Below are positions 6,452 through 17,590 of a stretch of 64,000 nt of DNA, one piece after another; within the stretch, counting starts at the first letter, position 1; the number at the start of each line of letters is the position of its first letter. The notes beneath the pieces were generated by a model. That model was not told the DNA's origin, searched no databases, and saw nothing but the letters and a program-made list of their open reading frames with translations. This stretch comes from an uncultured virus (IMG/VR IMGVR_UViG_3300003178_000005) (taxonomy: Duplodnaviria > Heunggongvirae > Uroviricota > Caudoviricetes). Where the stretch lies: IMG/VR virus record IMGVR_UViG_3300003178_000005, one strand, 5' to 3'. A program made the position numbers and the translations under genes.

Positions 6452-6753
6452 TGGACCTGAATGAATTTATTGATAAACAAGCGGCAGGAATAGCAAAGTC
6501 ACTAAGTATGCCAAATGTCAAAACAACAACATTTGATGAAGAGATAAAAAAGAATAAATCAAAAAAACCTATATTCAAAACAAGAGTTTTTGTCCTTCTA
6601 GACGACATATCCGCAGAGGATTATGCAGACTTTATAAACAGTATTCTAACTTCCAATGGTGATAAAACAATAATTAGAGAGGTTGAAAACTGGACAAAGG
6701 ATGGTGAACTAATAAGAGTTGTAGATTATACAGAGAAGCCAGAAGACGACTAG
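6451..6753 (+). CDS. Hypothetical protein
   Basis: 100 aa, GGAGG SD, IDKQAA motif. Confidence 0.65.
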   Translation: MDLNEFIDKQAAGIAKSLSMPNVKTTTFDEEIKKNKSKKPIFKTRVFVLLDDISAEDYADFINSILTSNGDKTIIREVENWTKDGELIRVVDYTEKPEDD

Positions 6754-6754
6754 G

Positions 6755-6982
6755 CTACTGTATATCTAGTATATCTTCAAATCTTATTTTTGCTACTTCT
6801 CCATCTGGTTCACGAATTGCAAACTCGTCAAAGCCAACAACCATAACTTTTCCAAACTTCATTCCACCAAAAGATGTAGCTCTTACACCAACATCACTCT
6901 TAGTGTCAAGCTTTCTGAATAGTATTTCTCTATAGTAGTCTACTCCGGTGACTCCTGTTCCATCTTTTGTTAACTCTTCCAT
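6755..6982 (-). CDS. Hypothetical protein
   Basis: 75 aa, coupled to the VRR-NUC gene. Confidence 0.55.
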   Translation of the reverse strand: MEELTKDGTGVTGVDYYREILFRKLDTKSDVGVRATSFGGMKFGKVMVVGFDEFAIREPDGEVAKIRFEDILDIQ

Positions 6983-7470
6983 TACTTATCCTTTTTGTAT
7001 TCTAGTTTTGCCCTTCCCGTATAAAGGGTCCAGCCATCCATTGATGACTCTATACTGTTTTTCACACTTGACATAAACTCAACAACATCTTCTATACTTC
7101 TAGCTACAGTGTAGAAGTGCCCATTTCGCTCAAGCATATCTTGAAACTTTATCTGGTCATCGCTCTGCTTCCCACCGTGAGACTTTTTAACCTCTATATA
7201 TAAAGTAATACCAATCTTATGCTTTCCATCAGTAGCATATGTCCATGCTTCAATATCGGCCTTTCCATTTATAGAATTGCACCTAATTCTTCTTGTTGAT
7301 GAGTTCCCTCTTTTATTTGTTCCTGTAGCAGTAAACTGTGCGCCATTTACCCTATTATTTGGTATTCCAGCTCTATTTAGAAACTTTATAATCATTGATT
7401 GCACATTTGACTCTGGAATTATCAGTTCACCGGATGCTGTTCTCTTCGTAGGTCTGGCCATTATCCCCAA
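6982..7470 (-). CDS. VRR-NUC (PD-(D/E)xK) nuclease
   Basis: ESNVQ..I; GKADI; IEVKK..GGKQSDDQIKF; YTVARS. Confidence 0.8.
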   Translation of the reverse strand: MGIMARPTKRTASGELIIPESNVQSMIIKFLNRAGIPNNRVNGAQFTATGTNKRGNSSTRRIRCNSINGKADIEAWTYATDGKHKIGITLYIEVKKSHGGKQSDDQIKFQDMLERNGHFYTVARSIEDVVEFMSSVKNSIESSMDGWTLYTGRAKLEYKKDK

Positions 7471-7859
7471 AATCCTCCACGAGTTTTCTTGTGTTTCTCA
7501 AGCACAAATCCTTCTGCCTCACAAGAGCTGCAAGGAGCAAAATAGCTTCCATCTTCGTTGCTTACATACACAGCTGGCTCCTCTAGGCACACTGGGCACG
7601 GCATATTATGTTTAAGCACTCCGTCCTCAAATCCGAATGTTGTTATTTTAAGAAGTCTTGGCTTCTTTGATATATCACTCCCTACCGTAACTCCTAGTCC
7701 AATATTTTTTCTAGCTTTGACTTTTTTGCTTGTGTCTCTGTCCTCAAAATACCCAGCTATCTGCTCATCCAAGCTTTTTATCTTTGTAGGAATTCCCATT
7801 CTCTCAAGCTCTTTCTCTTCCTCTTCTATTCTACCTATATCTTTATCTGACAATCCCAT
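7461..7859 (-). CDS. Hypothetical zinc-ribbon protein
   Basis: CPVC and CSSC pairs. Confidence 0.6.
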   Translation of the reverse strand: MGLSDKDIGRIEEEEKELERMGIPTKIKSLDEQIAGYFEDRDTSKKVKARKNIGLGVTVGSDISKKPRLLKITTFGFEDGVLKHNMPCPVCLEEPAVYVSNEDGSYFAPCSSCEAEGFVLEKHKKTRGGFWG

Positions 7860-7860
7860 T

Positions 7861-8781
7861 TTAGCCCTCCATATAGCTCTTTATTTCTGCATACAGCTTA
7901 TCGTACACATCTTTGTTTTCTTCAAGGAAAAGTTTTGCACTATCTTTCCCTTGCCCTATAGACTTGCCGTCATAAGAGAACCATGAACCATTTTGCTTTA
8001 TTATCCCATGCTCCTTCCCATAGTCTACCTTATTCTTCTTGACTCTAGCTTTTACTCTTACATTCGAGGACTCGCTCTTTATCACTTTGGTCTCTATTCT
8101 GACAGAAGAGAAGAACTTTAAGCCTTTACCGCCAGTAGTCACCTCTTTTGGGCCATACCCCATTGAACTTATGTTTGCCCTGAGCTGATTTATAAACAAA
8201 ACCGTTGTATCTGTAGATGAAGCTGGCCCAACTATTTTTCTTAGACCTTTAGACATTATTCTCGCTTGAAGACCTATTGTCTGGTCTGTCATATCTCCCT
8301 CTATCTCGGCCTTTGGGGTTATGGCTGTAACAGAATCAACTACAACTATACTAAATGCACCGCTTTCAACAAGTTTCATCAATATATCCATCGCCTGCTC
8401 GCCGAAGTCTGGCTGAGCGAACAGCATATTTGATGTATCAAGACCTATTTTCTCTGCGTATGAAACATCAAAAGCATGCTCTGTATCTATGTATGCTACT
8501 TTTTTATCTGGAAACTTTCTTTGAGCCTCTCTGGCAATCGATATAGCAAGCGATGTTTTTCCTGAGCTTTCATTTCCATAAACTTCAACAACCCTTCCTA
8601 CCGGAACGCCGCCTATCCCAAGTGCGGCATCCAGCCCTATCGAGCCAGTTGGTATGCTTTCGATAGTCTTTATATCTTCGCTGCTCAGGGTCGTTACGAC
8701 ATCCTCTCCGAACATGCTCTTAAGTTCTGCTATAGCATCATTCATCTTATTGGACACATTGTCCTTTCTTTTTTTTGCCAT
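7861..8781 (-). CDS. recA: RecA recombinase
   Basis: IPTGSIGLDAALGIGGVPVGR, GNESSGKTS, VVVDSVTA, FINQLR; the segment after KKNKV is missing. Confidence 0.95.
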   Translation of the reverse strand: MAKKRKDNVSNKMNDAIAELKSMFGEDVVTTLSSEDIKTIESIPTGSIGLDAALGIGGVPVGRVVEVYGNESSGKTSLAISIAREAQRKFPDKKVAYIDTEHAFDVSYAEKIGLDTSNMLFAQPDFGEQAMDILMKLVESGAFSIVVVDSVTAITPKAEIEGDMTDQTIGLQARIMSKGLRKIVGPASSTDTTVLFINQLRANISSMGYGPKEVTTGGKGLKFFSSVRIETKVIKSESSNVRVKARVKKNKVDYGKEHGIIKQNGSWFSYDGKSIGQGKDSAKLFLEENKDVYDKLYAEIKSYMEG

Positions 8782-8863
8782 ATTGCCCTCTCTTTTGTGT
8801 TTATTTAGGCAAGTATACCAGAAGTAACCTTATAAATATTTAATAGAAGGCTTCTATTGTACA

Positions 8864-11800
8864 TCACCCGACAGTAACCCTATCGTTATAGTTTATTTCT
8901 CCACTCTTTATTTTCTTTTTGAGTTCGTCAATATTTTTTACCCTTACAGTCTTTTTTCTTGACGGATTAGACGCTTTGTAGATTCCAAGGGTAGCATCTT
9001 GGTCTGGAAGCGCAACAATATCCGGGTCAGCAAAAGAGCCCTGGTCACTAAAAATATTCTTACTTGGCATAAGCTTATTTTTGACATCATCTATTGCTTT
9101 TGTTGTGACTGGCACATGCACGGCAACAGTATCCCCATCATAGTCTGCCCCAAGGCTTCTCTCAAGCAATGGATTTATTCCTATCGTATTACCCTTAACA
9201 AACTTAGGAAATCCTCCAACCATATTATGCTTCCATAGTGATGGTGCCCTATTGTACACAACAGGGATTTCTTTTCCGATTTGATGCAAAGCGTTTATCG
9301 CCTCAGGAGACTTTTCATCAATCATCTCTTTTGCTCTTACTGGAGGGATGCCTGCTCTAGATAGCCTTCGTGTAATATGTGGCTCGTACATTTTGAGTCC
9401 CATTTTTTCTGGTATCTCTATCTCATCTATTCCAATATCTGTTCTTGCTGGTTTAATTACGCCACGACCACTCATGAACTGCTTTACTCTCAACATGTTT
9501 TTTTGAGCAAAGGACTGCTTTGGCGTATCTCCACCCAATATATCAAGAACACCTTTTGTATTTTTGTCAATCATTTTCTTATTCGGAGATTTTTCAAGTC
9601 CATACATTGCTCCAACTGACTTGTACAACTCATACTCAAGGTCGTGCCTTGTTGAGTCTTTATCATTTCTTGAATGTTTTATTGTATCAGCTAGAAGGTT
9701 TATATCTTGATAGTGCAAGTTCAAATCATTTACTGATATGTCTCCATTTGCATCTTTTGATACAGGTCTGAATACTGGAGGAATAACAGGAACTTTTGAC
9801 AAGAATGCATAGTCTGATATCTTTCCTCCCATATCTTTTGCTTTATCAAGGAACTTAATCAGCTTTATGTTCCTGTTTATGAGCTGCTGACTTTTTGTGT
9901 TCTCTGACTCTTTTTTTAGCTTCTTTATCTCTTATTCAGGCTTAATTTTACTAATTTCATCATAAATCCACTTTGAGCCCTCTTTTTTCATCTTTGAATC
10001 AAGTTTATCTGTTGTCATACCTAGAAGCCTTGCAACTGGCTCTTTGTATATAGGATTAAGTATTTTTACGCCAAGATTTATATGGCCATACTTTGTCCCG
10101 TTTGGTCCGCCAAATATTGTCTCATCAAAAAGACCACCCTTTATCACCTTTCCATCTTTAGCGTAAACCGTGTCAGCGTTTTTTATTGCTCCAGACGATT
10201 TTTTCTCTATTTCTTTATCTGTCATAGGAGTTAGTGAGAACTCTGATGTATTCTTATCAGCCTTCACGTTCACTCCCATCTGTGTAAGGTAAGCCTTAAA
10301 TTTTTCTGACGCAAAGTTCTCGGCAGGAGGAGGCAATGGCGCACCAGACCTAAATGCATTAAAGAACTCATCATTTCTTTGTCCCTTTATATGCTTCGCC
10401 TCGTGCAGCAGGTCTCTTGCATTATGAGCAAGAAGGGCATTAACCTCCATGTTTGAGTATGATGACGCACTCTCCTCTCCACCTTTTAGTGGTTGTTCAT
10501 TTATATCAGTTCCGCCAACTCCAACTGCGCTCATTCCTGATTCTGAATCCTTGAATAGTTTCATTATCAATGGGTTTCCGACAAAAACCTTTTTCGGGAA
10601 AGGCTTGCCTGTTTCTGGATTTATTAGCTTTTCATACAATTCAACATTGTGTTTTTTTGCCTCTTCTTCCATAAACTTCAGATTATCAGGCTTTTCATAA
10701 TGCTCAAGAACATATCTTTTTTTTGTTTTTTCTGATACTTTTCCAAGGCCTGCCTCAATAAGGGAGCCACCATTTGTACGAGATATTACACCAGCAGATG
10801 TCATAAGGATATGCACANNNNNNNNNNNNNNNNNNNGGCATATCTTTATCTGGAATTATCTTTGTAACAACACCTTTGTTTCCCTGCCTTGCGCTAAGCT
10901 TATCCCCTATCTTTACTTTGCTGTCAACCTTGACCGTCAGCCTTATTTCTGACGCACCTCGCTTAACATCAACAATCTTGCCTGGGTCAGCATGATGCCA
11001 CACATCAATTATTGCTTTATATGGCCTATGCATTACCTTTTCAAGTTTTGTTTTTATTTGTTTTGCGTCAGACTTTGCGAGTTTGAATGATAGTGGCTGG
11101 TTTTTTTGAACAGTAGCACCTTTCTTTATTACTCCATATTCGTCATAGTTCTGGGCTCCCCACTTTGCTACTATTTGAGGAAAAAGCGTCTTAAACCTTT
11201 TCATGTCAAGTATTTCACCAGCTCCTATATGTATATTTTCCTTATACATATGCTCCGACGTAAGCTGCTCTGCGGCTGTCTCAGATATAATGATTCCATC
11301 GTTTCTGTTTCCAGGCATCGATAGCCAAGCAGTCCTCATATTCTTGCCAAGTGCAAGATGTCCATCTTTAGTGAAGTTTGAATCAGCAAGAGGTTGACCT
11401 TTTTTTACCTTGTCTCCAACTTTAACCTTTAATTCATGACTTATGAATGTTTTTCTTGCCAGAGGCATATCTTTTTTCTTGCCAGAGGCATATCTTTTGT
11501 GTAATCCTCTTTATGGACCTTTCCGTCTTTGTCTTTTATGTATATAAAGCTCTTATCTATCTTTGAAACAACGCCGTCAACTGGAGAAAAAGGTATATGA
11601 TTTGAGTCTTTTAGAACTACACGGGTAAAATCTTCTCCGTCTTTCTTTACTGAAACATGAGGAATCTCTCTGTCTCTTAGTGATAGCGCCTGCTGCGAGT
11701 GCTTTTGTGCCATATTCGTTCTGTTTGCATCAGATGAATTTATTAGCGGTATAGTATTGCTTGATGGAGCATGAATATCAGCAGAGCTTGGAATTATATA

Positions 11801-13129
11801 GTCAACATCTTTTTTGCTTTTTGCCTTAAAATCTTGATTGCCAAGTCTAACCATTATGCCGTCAGTCTTGGCTCTCTCTTTTGAAACTGGGTACGCAACT
11901 TTCTTATTCCACAGGTCGGCAATTCTCTTCACTTCATGCTTTCCTGTTTTCGCATTAATTACACCTATAGCTGGCGCTCCAGTTTCATCAATATATGAGT
12001 TGTCAGTAACAGCAAGAGTAATTCCTACTGAAGCCCCTTCTGGAGAAACAATTGGGTCTATGAATCCCAAGTGTGACGGGTGAACTGCCTTTGTGTCAAG
12101 ATTAAGCGCCCTCGTATCGCCAACTCCTCCCTCTCCCATAGGTGTAATCAAGTGTGTTGTTGTATGCATCATGAGAGGGTTGTATTCTTCGCTAAGCCTT
12201 GAAGCCTTCGAGCTAACTATAAAGTTTTTTACAGGCCTAGTGATTTGTGCAGTACCACTTCCAAGCACATCATCAATCTTTGATGTAGATGGATTTCCAA
12301 GCTTAAATTTTATTTTATTTATCTCTTCTCTTATGTTCTTAGAAAAGGCCTCTGCAAGCATGTCCTCAGGCGCCATTACTTGCTTAAATAACATATTTTC
12401 TCTGTCGTCTTGAGGCTCCTTTCCACTATATACGGCTAAAAGCTTTTTTGCAGCAGCGAGTATTACATCAGGATTTAGAGTTTCAGCTGAAATACCTAAT
12501 GTCTGTTTGACAGCTTCAGGACTAACAGTTGCCTCGCTTATTGCTCGCTTCAGCTCATCTTTTGCATTATGTTCATTTACACTATCAGAAGAGTATCTGA
12601 ATGCCTTCATAAATTTTTGAGAGTCTCCTGGATTGTAAGTCTTCTTGTTTATTTCAAGAAGCTCCTTTCCTATCGCTGCCTCTATTTTAGAATCTGAAAC
12701 GCCAAGGTCATGCAGTATCGAGTATAGCGACACATGTAGCGAGCCTACCTTGAGTGTGTATACTCCAGGTCTCATTCTTTGCTGGTATGGGATTGTGTAC
12801 GAGTTTCCCTCAATTACAAAAGAACCCTTCTTTGTGTATGTTGGTATCCTCATAATTGAGCGTCTCTTTCTGTCAACAACTTTCTTTTTGTTTTTGTCGT
12901 ACAGTGTAATATCTGCAACAACATTTGACATTATTGACGAGCCACTGGAAAGCGCATTTTTTACATCAGACAGAGATGCAGAATCTCTTGTTATTTGGAA
13001 GTTTTTTGCATCAAGGCGGAAGAAATTGCCTTCTATTGGGAAGATGTTTGATAACTCTGTTATTATTTTTTGTTTTACAGCCCTGTCAGTTTCTGCACTG
13101 GACCTATTTAGTTTTCTAAAAGTAGACAT
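8864..13129 (-). CDS. rpoBC: RNA polymerase beta fused to the N-terminal half of beta-prime (ORF pieces 11441-13135, 10755-11468, 9932-10816, 8864-9832)
   Basis: Beta motifs VHPSHLGFIDPIVSPEG, DANRTNM, GDKLSARQGNKGVV, NMEVNAL; beta-prime motifs GGLFDETIFG, VPVIPPVFRP, NRAPSL, GADYDGD. Breaks: 23-bp duplication, N gap, one in-frame TAA. Confidence 0.88.
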
Positions 13130-13193
13130 ACACAAAAGCCTTTATCGATAAAGTATTTTGTGTATTTTAGCATAATATGACTTATCCTGCGTA

Positions 13194-13409
13194 CTAACCT
13201 TCCTCTCTTGCGTCAATTATTTCTCCAGAAGTTATTAGTCTTCCGATTGTGTCGTTGTATACCTCTATTGGAAGCTTAACGTGGTCTCCATTATTAAACA
13301 GGATATCTACAACAGAATCATTGCCATCAACCGGGAATACTTTCCATCCGTAAGTAACAAAATCCAGAGCTCTATCTAGCCCATTTTCGTCTTTTACCAA
13401 AATTACCAT
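13194..13409 (-). CDS. Hypothetical protein
   Basis: 71 aa ORF in a tightly packed operon. Confidence 0.55.
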   Translation of the reverse strand: MVILVKDENGLDRALDFVTYGWKVFPVDGNDSVVDILFNNGDHVKLPIEVYNDTIGRLITSGEIIDAREEG

Positions 13410-13410
13410 A

Positions 13411-13725
13411 TTAAATCCTTTTCGTAAACATTGATGGTGTCGAGTTTACTAATGCGTTTATGTAGATTGTGTCAACAAATGAGTCTTTATTTACTTCATC
13501 CGTAACAATCTGATACTCAATTATACCCAAATCTTCAGCAGTATTCTTTATGATGCTAGCAATTGTTTGCTCAAGCTTTGGATTAAGCTTTTTGCCTGAC
13601 GGGTTAAATACCATAATCCCTATACCGCTATTATTTAACCTTGAGTCCCTGACTGTTCCGCATCTCTGGCTGAGAGGCCTAGGCTTTAATACCTTGTATT
13701 CCTCAGAATCGTCAGAATCATCCAT
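13411..13725 (-). CDS. Hypothetical protein (may continue 13686-14459 across a frameshift)
   Basis: 104 aa, overlaps the upstream ORF. Confidence 0.5.
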   Translation of the reverse strand: MDDSDDSEEYKVLKPRPLSQRCGTVRDSRLNNSGIGIMVFNPSGKKLNPKLEQTIASIIKNTAEDLGIIEYQIVTDEVNKDSFVDTIYINALVNSTPSMFTKRI

Positions 13726-14459
13726 TCTAAATATATAGAAATGTGGTCTTCATCCGCTTTTCTTACACGAGGAAAACTATCGAGGTCCTCTTTGATGTGC
13801 TTTGGCATTTTATCCGAATTGTTCACTATGTGCATCAAAGAAGTCATTCCTAGCCCAAACATTATACACATTCCAGGAACCTTTTCTTTTCCGTCCCCAG
13901 TAGAACGACCAGCAGAGCGTGTAGATACCAATCCAACAGTTTGTAGAACATTCCATGTGTCAACAGACAGTGTTCCTGAAAGCATAAACATCTCAGGCTT
14001 CCCATCTTCATCAGAGTACAGTTCCATAAATTGTGGAGTTTCAAACATACTTTCAACTAGAGCAAGAATCTTCTCCTTGTCTATCTTGTCGATAATATCA
14101 ATAGACACTTTTGCATCTCCGTCTTCCTGCGCCACGGATTTGAATGACTCAAGAAGGTTGACGTTTACAAAAGCACTATTTTCAGTAAATACAACATCTC
14201 TGCTTGATACAGAAAAGCTATTGTTGGCAGAAAGCAGTAAAAGAGATGTGAGAAAATCCAAATTCTCCTCTTTTTTGTCAAATCTAACCCATGCATACCG
14301 CAAATTGGCAGGATTTTTAACTATTGCTGCTATCTTCTCATCACTATCTTCTCCCTCAATAAGCGCCCTTACTCCATCAATAAAATCTTCCTTTGATGCA
14401 GAAGAGGCAAGCATCTGAGCAAGGACCGCAAGGTCAGGAGCTACAAATGTTGCCTTCAT
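13686..14459 (-). CDS. Hypothetical protein
   Basis: 257 aa ORF, SD upstream. Confidence 0.65.
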   Translation of the reverse strand: MKATFVAPDLAVLAQMLASSASKEDFIDGVRALIEGEDSDEKIAAIVKNPANLRYAWVRFDKKEENLDFLTSLLLLSANNSFSVSSRDVVFTENSAFVNVNLLESFKSVAQEDGDAKVSIDIIDKIDKEKILALVESMFETPQFMELYSDEDGKPEMFMLSGTLSVDTWNVLQTVGLVSTRSAGRSTGDGKEKVPGMCIMFGLGMTSLMHIVNNSDKMPKHIKEDLDSFPRVRKADEDHISIYLEWMILTILRNTRY

Positions 14460-14461
14460 CG

Positions 14462-14662
14462 TTATACACCTTCTTTTAGCATTGCTTTTCTAAGGTCTAC
14501 TTTTAGTCTTGCAATAGTGTCAAGAGATTTTCTGATTCTTCTTGCAGCTGCAGCGTTGTGTTTTTCTTTGATTTTGTCCCAGTCGGTTTTTACTCCATCA
14601 ACAAGCTCAATAATTTCTTCCATAAGACCATTTGTCTCAGGCATGTTAGTTTCGTTACTCAT
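14462..14662 (-). CDS. Hc1 / histone H1-like small helical protein
   Basis: NAAAARRIRKSL..I..LKVDLRK pattern; AGGAG SD. Confidence 0.6.
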   Translation of the reverse strand: MSNETNMPETNGLMEEIIELVDGVKTDWDKIKEKHNAAAARRIRKSLDTIARLKVDLRKAMLKEGV

Positions 14663-14945
14663 AGGTACTCCTAGTTTTTTGTTTTCGAGTTTCCTCGTAA
14701 ATGGGATTATACCCGCAAAATGATTAAAAAGTCAAGTTAAAGGCCGTAAAGACGCTTTTTACTTATCTTTATTGCACAAAAGTTATCCTTATCTCTTCCA
14801 AACAACTCATTATACCAGTTATACAATGTCTTCTCTTTATTGTGTTCTACTCTATAGTTTCTCATAGCATTGTCTATATTTATAGCAGCTCCGTACTCGT
14901 CTAGCATCCTTGAGAATTGTGTGAAATTCATCCCAATATCTTCAT

Positions 14946-17360
14946 TCAAGCTATCGTACACGTCTTTTTTTCTAAAAACAAGGACAAAGTTGTCAGTATC
15001 ACACCATGCTGATTCATCCTTAGCCTCTTATCAAACAGCTTGTCTTCAACCTTGTTCTCACCTACTTTTATATTTAAAAGCAATTTTTCTATATTCATTA
15101 GTGATGCTACGGCCTCATTGCTGAAGAATACTTCGTACATCAAATCATGAAAGTCCCATCCATCCATGTATCCTGACACCTCAACAAGACACATTCCAGG
15201 AAGTATCTTTTCAAAGAAATCAACATATGGATGCTTTGAGTCCAATCGTTTTTTGCTTAGCTTCTTTAGCACGGCTGAAACAAATTTATTTTCAGCTGCA
15301 ATAAGTTTTTTGTGGCTATTCATGACAAAAGATATTATCACATGCGACATGTCATCAGTATCAACAAGAAACGAGTCAGCTTCACTGCTTATTCTTGCAG
15401 GGAAATTAAATATCATAGACTCTTCGATAATTATAGGCGACTCTGAAAATACCACTATCGGCGTTGTATTTATGCTTTTTATTGTTGAATCAGTATTTTT
15501 GAACCTGCTTATGGTTTCTGTCCCAAACCTTTCTATTGATAGCTTTTTAAGAATCTTCTCTGTTTTGTTTGTGATGTCAGATACCAGTATTGAGGTAGTC
15601 CCGTCGGCTATCTTTTTTAAAACGAACTCACTCTCTGTATTCATAAATATAGAATTCCTAAAGCATCCCTCAAACACTTTTCTAATCATTCCGTTTTTTG
15701 TATATGTTCCAGCTCCATATACTGAAAGAGTAGACTTGTTTGCCCTTTTTAGGACAGGCAAAACAGCCGATGACGATATCAGTATCGCAAATATCTCATT
15801 TAATCTATCTGCACTAGGAATAAATCCTTCAACAGACTTTACTATCTGGGATATAGCAGACACTACTGTATTTTTTGTTGGCCTTGTCTTTGGTATACGA
15901 ACATCTGTTGAGCTAGGGCTAAAAAGGACTCCACCAAACGAATGTCTCCCCCCTAGTCCATACACCCCATGTTTCGAATTGTAAACAATCTTGTCTCCAA
16001 TTCTATGCACTCCTGGACCATAAAACCTATCAAATACTGGCAATGCAGCAAATTCACTATGAACGACTTTCATTACCATATTAACAACAAATGATTCAAT
16101 AGTATTGTATCCAGCTGGTATATTTTCCTTATTTACTCCACAGTAAGAAGCAATATACTTGACGCCTCCAATTTCCGGTATCAATTCGTTCATTATTCCA
16201 TTTTTGTCTAGGTTGAAGTCTTTGAAGTATTTCATGTCCTTATTGTAGAATCTAATTAAACTACTATCACCATTTAGCCTTACTATTCTTGATGATAGTT
16301 CTATATTTTTATTGTTTATCAGCTCACTTATCTTCGATATATAATTGTTGTCTGAACCGTCAATATATGGTTTCACTAAGTCAACTATATCCTGAGGCAA
16401 CAACTTGGATAGTGAATCTAACACCACACCACGATTTACAGTGTTCATTCTTGATATTATTCTTGATATGTCTATTATTCTTGCAATAGAAGATGAGCCA
16501 TATAGCTCATATAGCTCTGCCATCATTCCTGCTATCTTTGTGGTTGCAACCTCGGAATTTATCAGTATTGTCTTGTCACCACCACCAATCTTAAGTATGG
16601 ATTCAAGCATATTTACAATGAAGTCGTCATTAAGACTCTCTATGTTTAGAGAATCGAAGTACTCAACTACGTTTGATATACCATCTGTGCTCTCTTCTGG
16701 AAGGTAGACTGTGGACTCACTGAACTCTTCAGAGCTATCTCTTATGTCTTTTATTTTTACTGTATCTTTTGTTGATAGCGACAACAACCTATCCTCAAGA
16801 AAAGCAGACCTTTTCACCTCAGCAAATCGAACTGGTATAAATATTGTCGTAGTATCCAGTATTATTTCAAATCCAGTGAGCCTATCATATATATCAACAT
16901 AGTATCTTGCGCTACTGCCTTCATAAACAAATAGGCCGTCTAGAATATCCTCCATATGTCTCGATGCATCCTTGAACATCGACAACGCATACTCTCTTGT
17001 AGGTATAGTAAATACACCATTTTTTGGTGATAGTACAGTTTCAATTGCAGACAGAACGCTTTGGTTAATCATGTCGAATTTTACATACTCGTCATAGTCT
17101 TTCTTTTTTATTGGAAGCTTTATCCCTGAAGAGTATAGTATTTTTGATATTCTTACAAATTCATTGTCGGAAGATGGAGCAGATGTCTCAAACTTTTTTC
17201 TAAATAAGACCAAAAGTAGATACATTGGGTCTGGATTCCACAGGTCTCCACGGTAGAACTTTTTCCCTTTGGCGTCTATCCTTACTTCTGCAGAATGAGC
17301 CATATTTTCAAAAAAACTCAAATTTTCATCAAAAAAACTCCATAAAGCGTCAAAATCCAT
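14946..17360 (-). CDS. Large hypothetical protein (weak resemblance to degenerate primase/helicase-associated proteins); likely continues into 14737-14961
   Basis: 804 aa ORF, GAGG SD, TGGTATAAT promoter; no intact catalytic motif seen. Confidence 0.6.
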   Translation of the reverse strand: MDFDALWSFFDENLSFFENMAHSAEVRIDAKGKKFYRGDLWNPDPMYLLLVLFRKKFETSAPSSDNEFVRISKILYSSGIKLPIKKKDYDEYVKFDMINQSVLSAIETVLSPKNGVFTIPTREYALSMFKDASRHMEDILDGLFVYEGSSARYYVDIYDRLTGFEIILDTTTIFIPVRFAEVKRSAFLEDRLLSLSTKDTVKIKDIRDSSEEFSESTVYLPEESTDGISNVVEYFDSLNIESLNDDFIVNMLESILKIGGGDKTILINSEVATTKIAGMMAELYELYGSSSIARIIDISRIISRMNTVNRGVVLDSLSKLLPQDIVDLVKPYIDGSDNNYISKISELINNKNIELSSRIVRLNGDSSLIRFYNKDMKYFKDFNLDKNGIMNELIPEIGGVKYIASYCGVNKENIPAGYNTIESFVVNMVMKVVHSEFAALPVFDRFYGPGVHRIGDKIVYNSKHGVYGLGGRHSFGGVLFSPSSTDVRIPKTRPTKNTVVSAISQIVKSVEGFIPSADRLNEIFAILISSSAVLPVLKRANKSTLSVYGAGTYTKNGMIRKVFEGCFRNSIFMNTESEFVLKKIADGTTSILVSDITNKTEKILKKLSIERFGTETISRFKNTDSTIKSINTTPIVVFSESPIIIEESMIFNFPARISSEADSFLVDTDDMSHVIISFVMNSHKKLIAAENKFVSAVLKKLSKKRLDSKHPYVDFFEKILPGMCLVEVSGYMDGWDFHDLMYEVFFSNEAVASLMNIEKLLLNIKVGENKVEDKLFDKRLRMNQHGVILTTLSLFLEKKTCTIA

Positions 17361-17500
17361 ATAATATCCTCTTGTTTAACTTACTTTTAACGGATTATAC
17401 CATAATGAGATACTCAATAAAAAAATGGTATATATTATTAGAGTAGTTGCTTAGCCTATATGGAATCCTTCTGCTCGCCATTTTTACTAAGGAGGCGGAT

Positions 17501-17590
17501 ATGACAATAGCGTCAGTATTGCTATTTGTTCTGGTAATAATCCTTCTATTCGGATTTATTGTCGGCATGATTGCCGCAAGAATGAAATGA
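17501..17590 (+). CDS. 29 aa single-TM peptide
   Basis: AAGGAGG SD; MTIASVLLFVLVIILLFGFIVGMIAARMK; ATGA overlap with the NYN gene; not in the ORF track. Confidence 0.7.
   Translation: MTIASVLLFVLVIILLFGFIVGMIAARMK

Noticed and set aside
13741..16902. Long plus-strand ORFs opposite real genes
   Set aside because: Ser/Ile/Phe-rich antisense shadows without SD or motifs.
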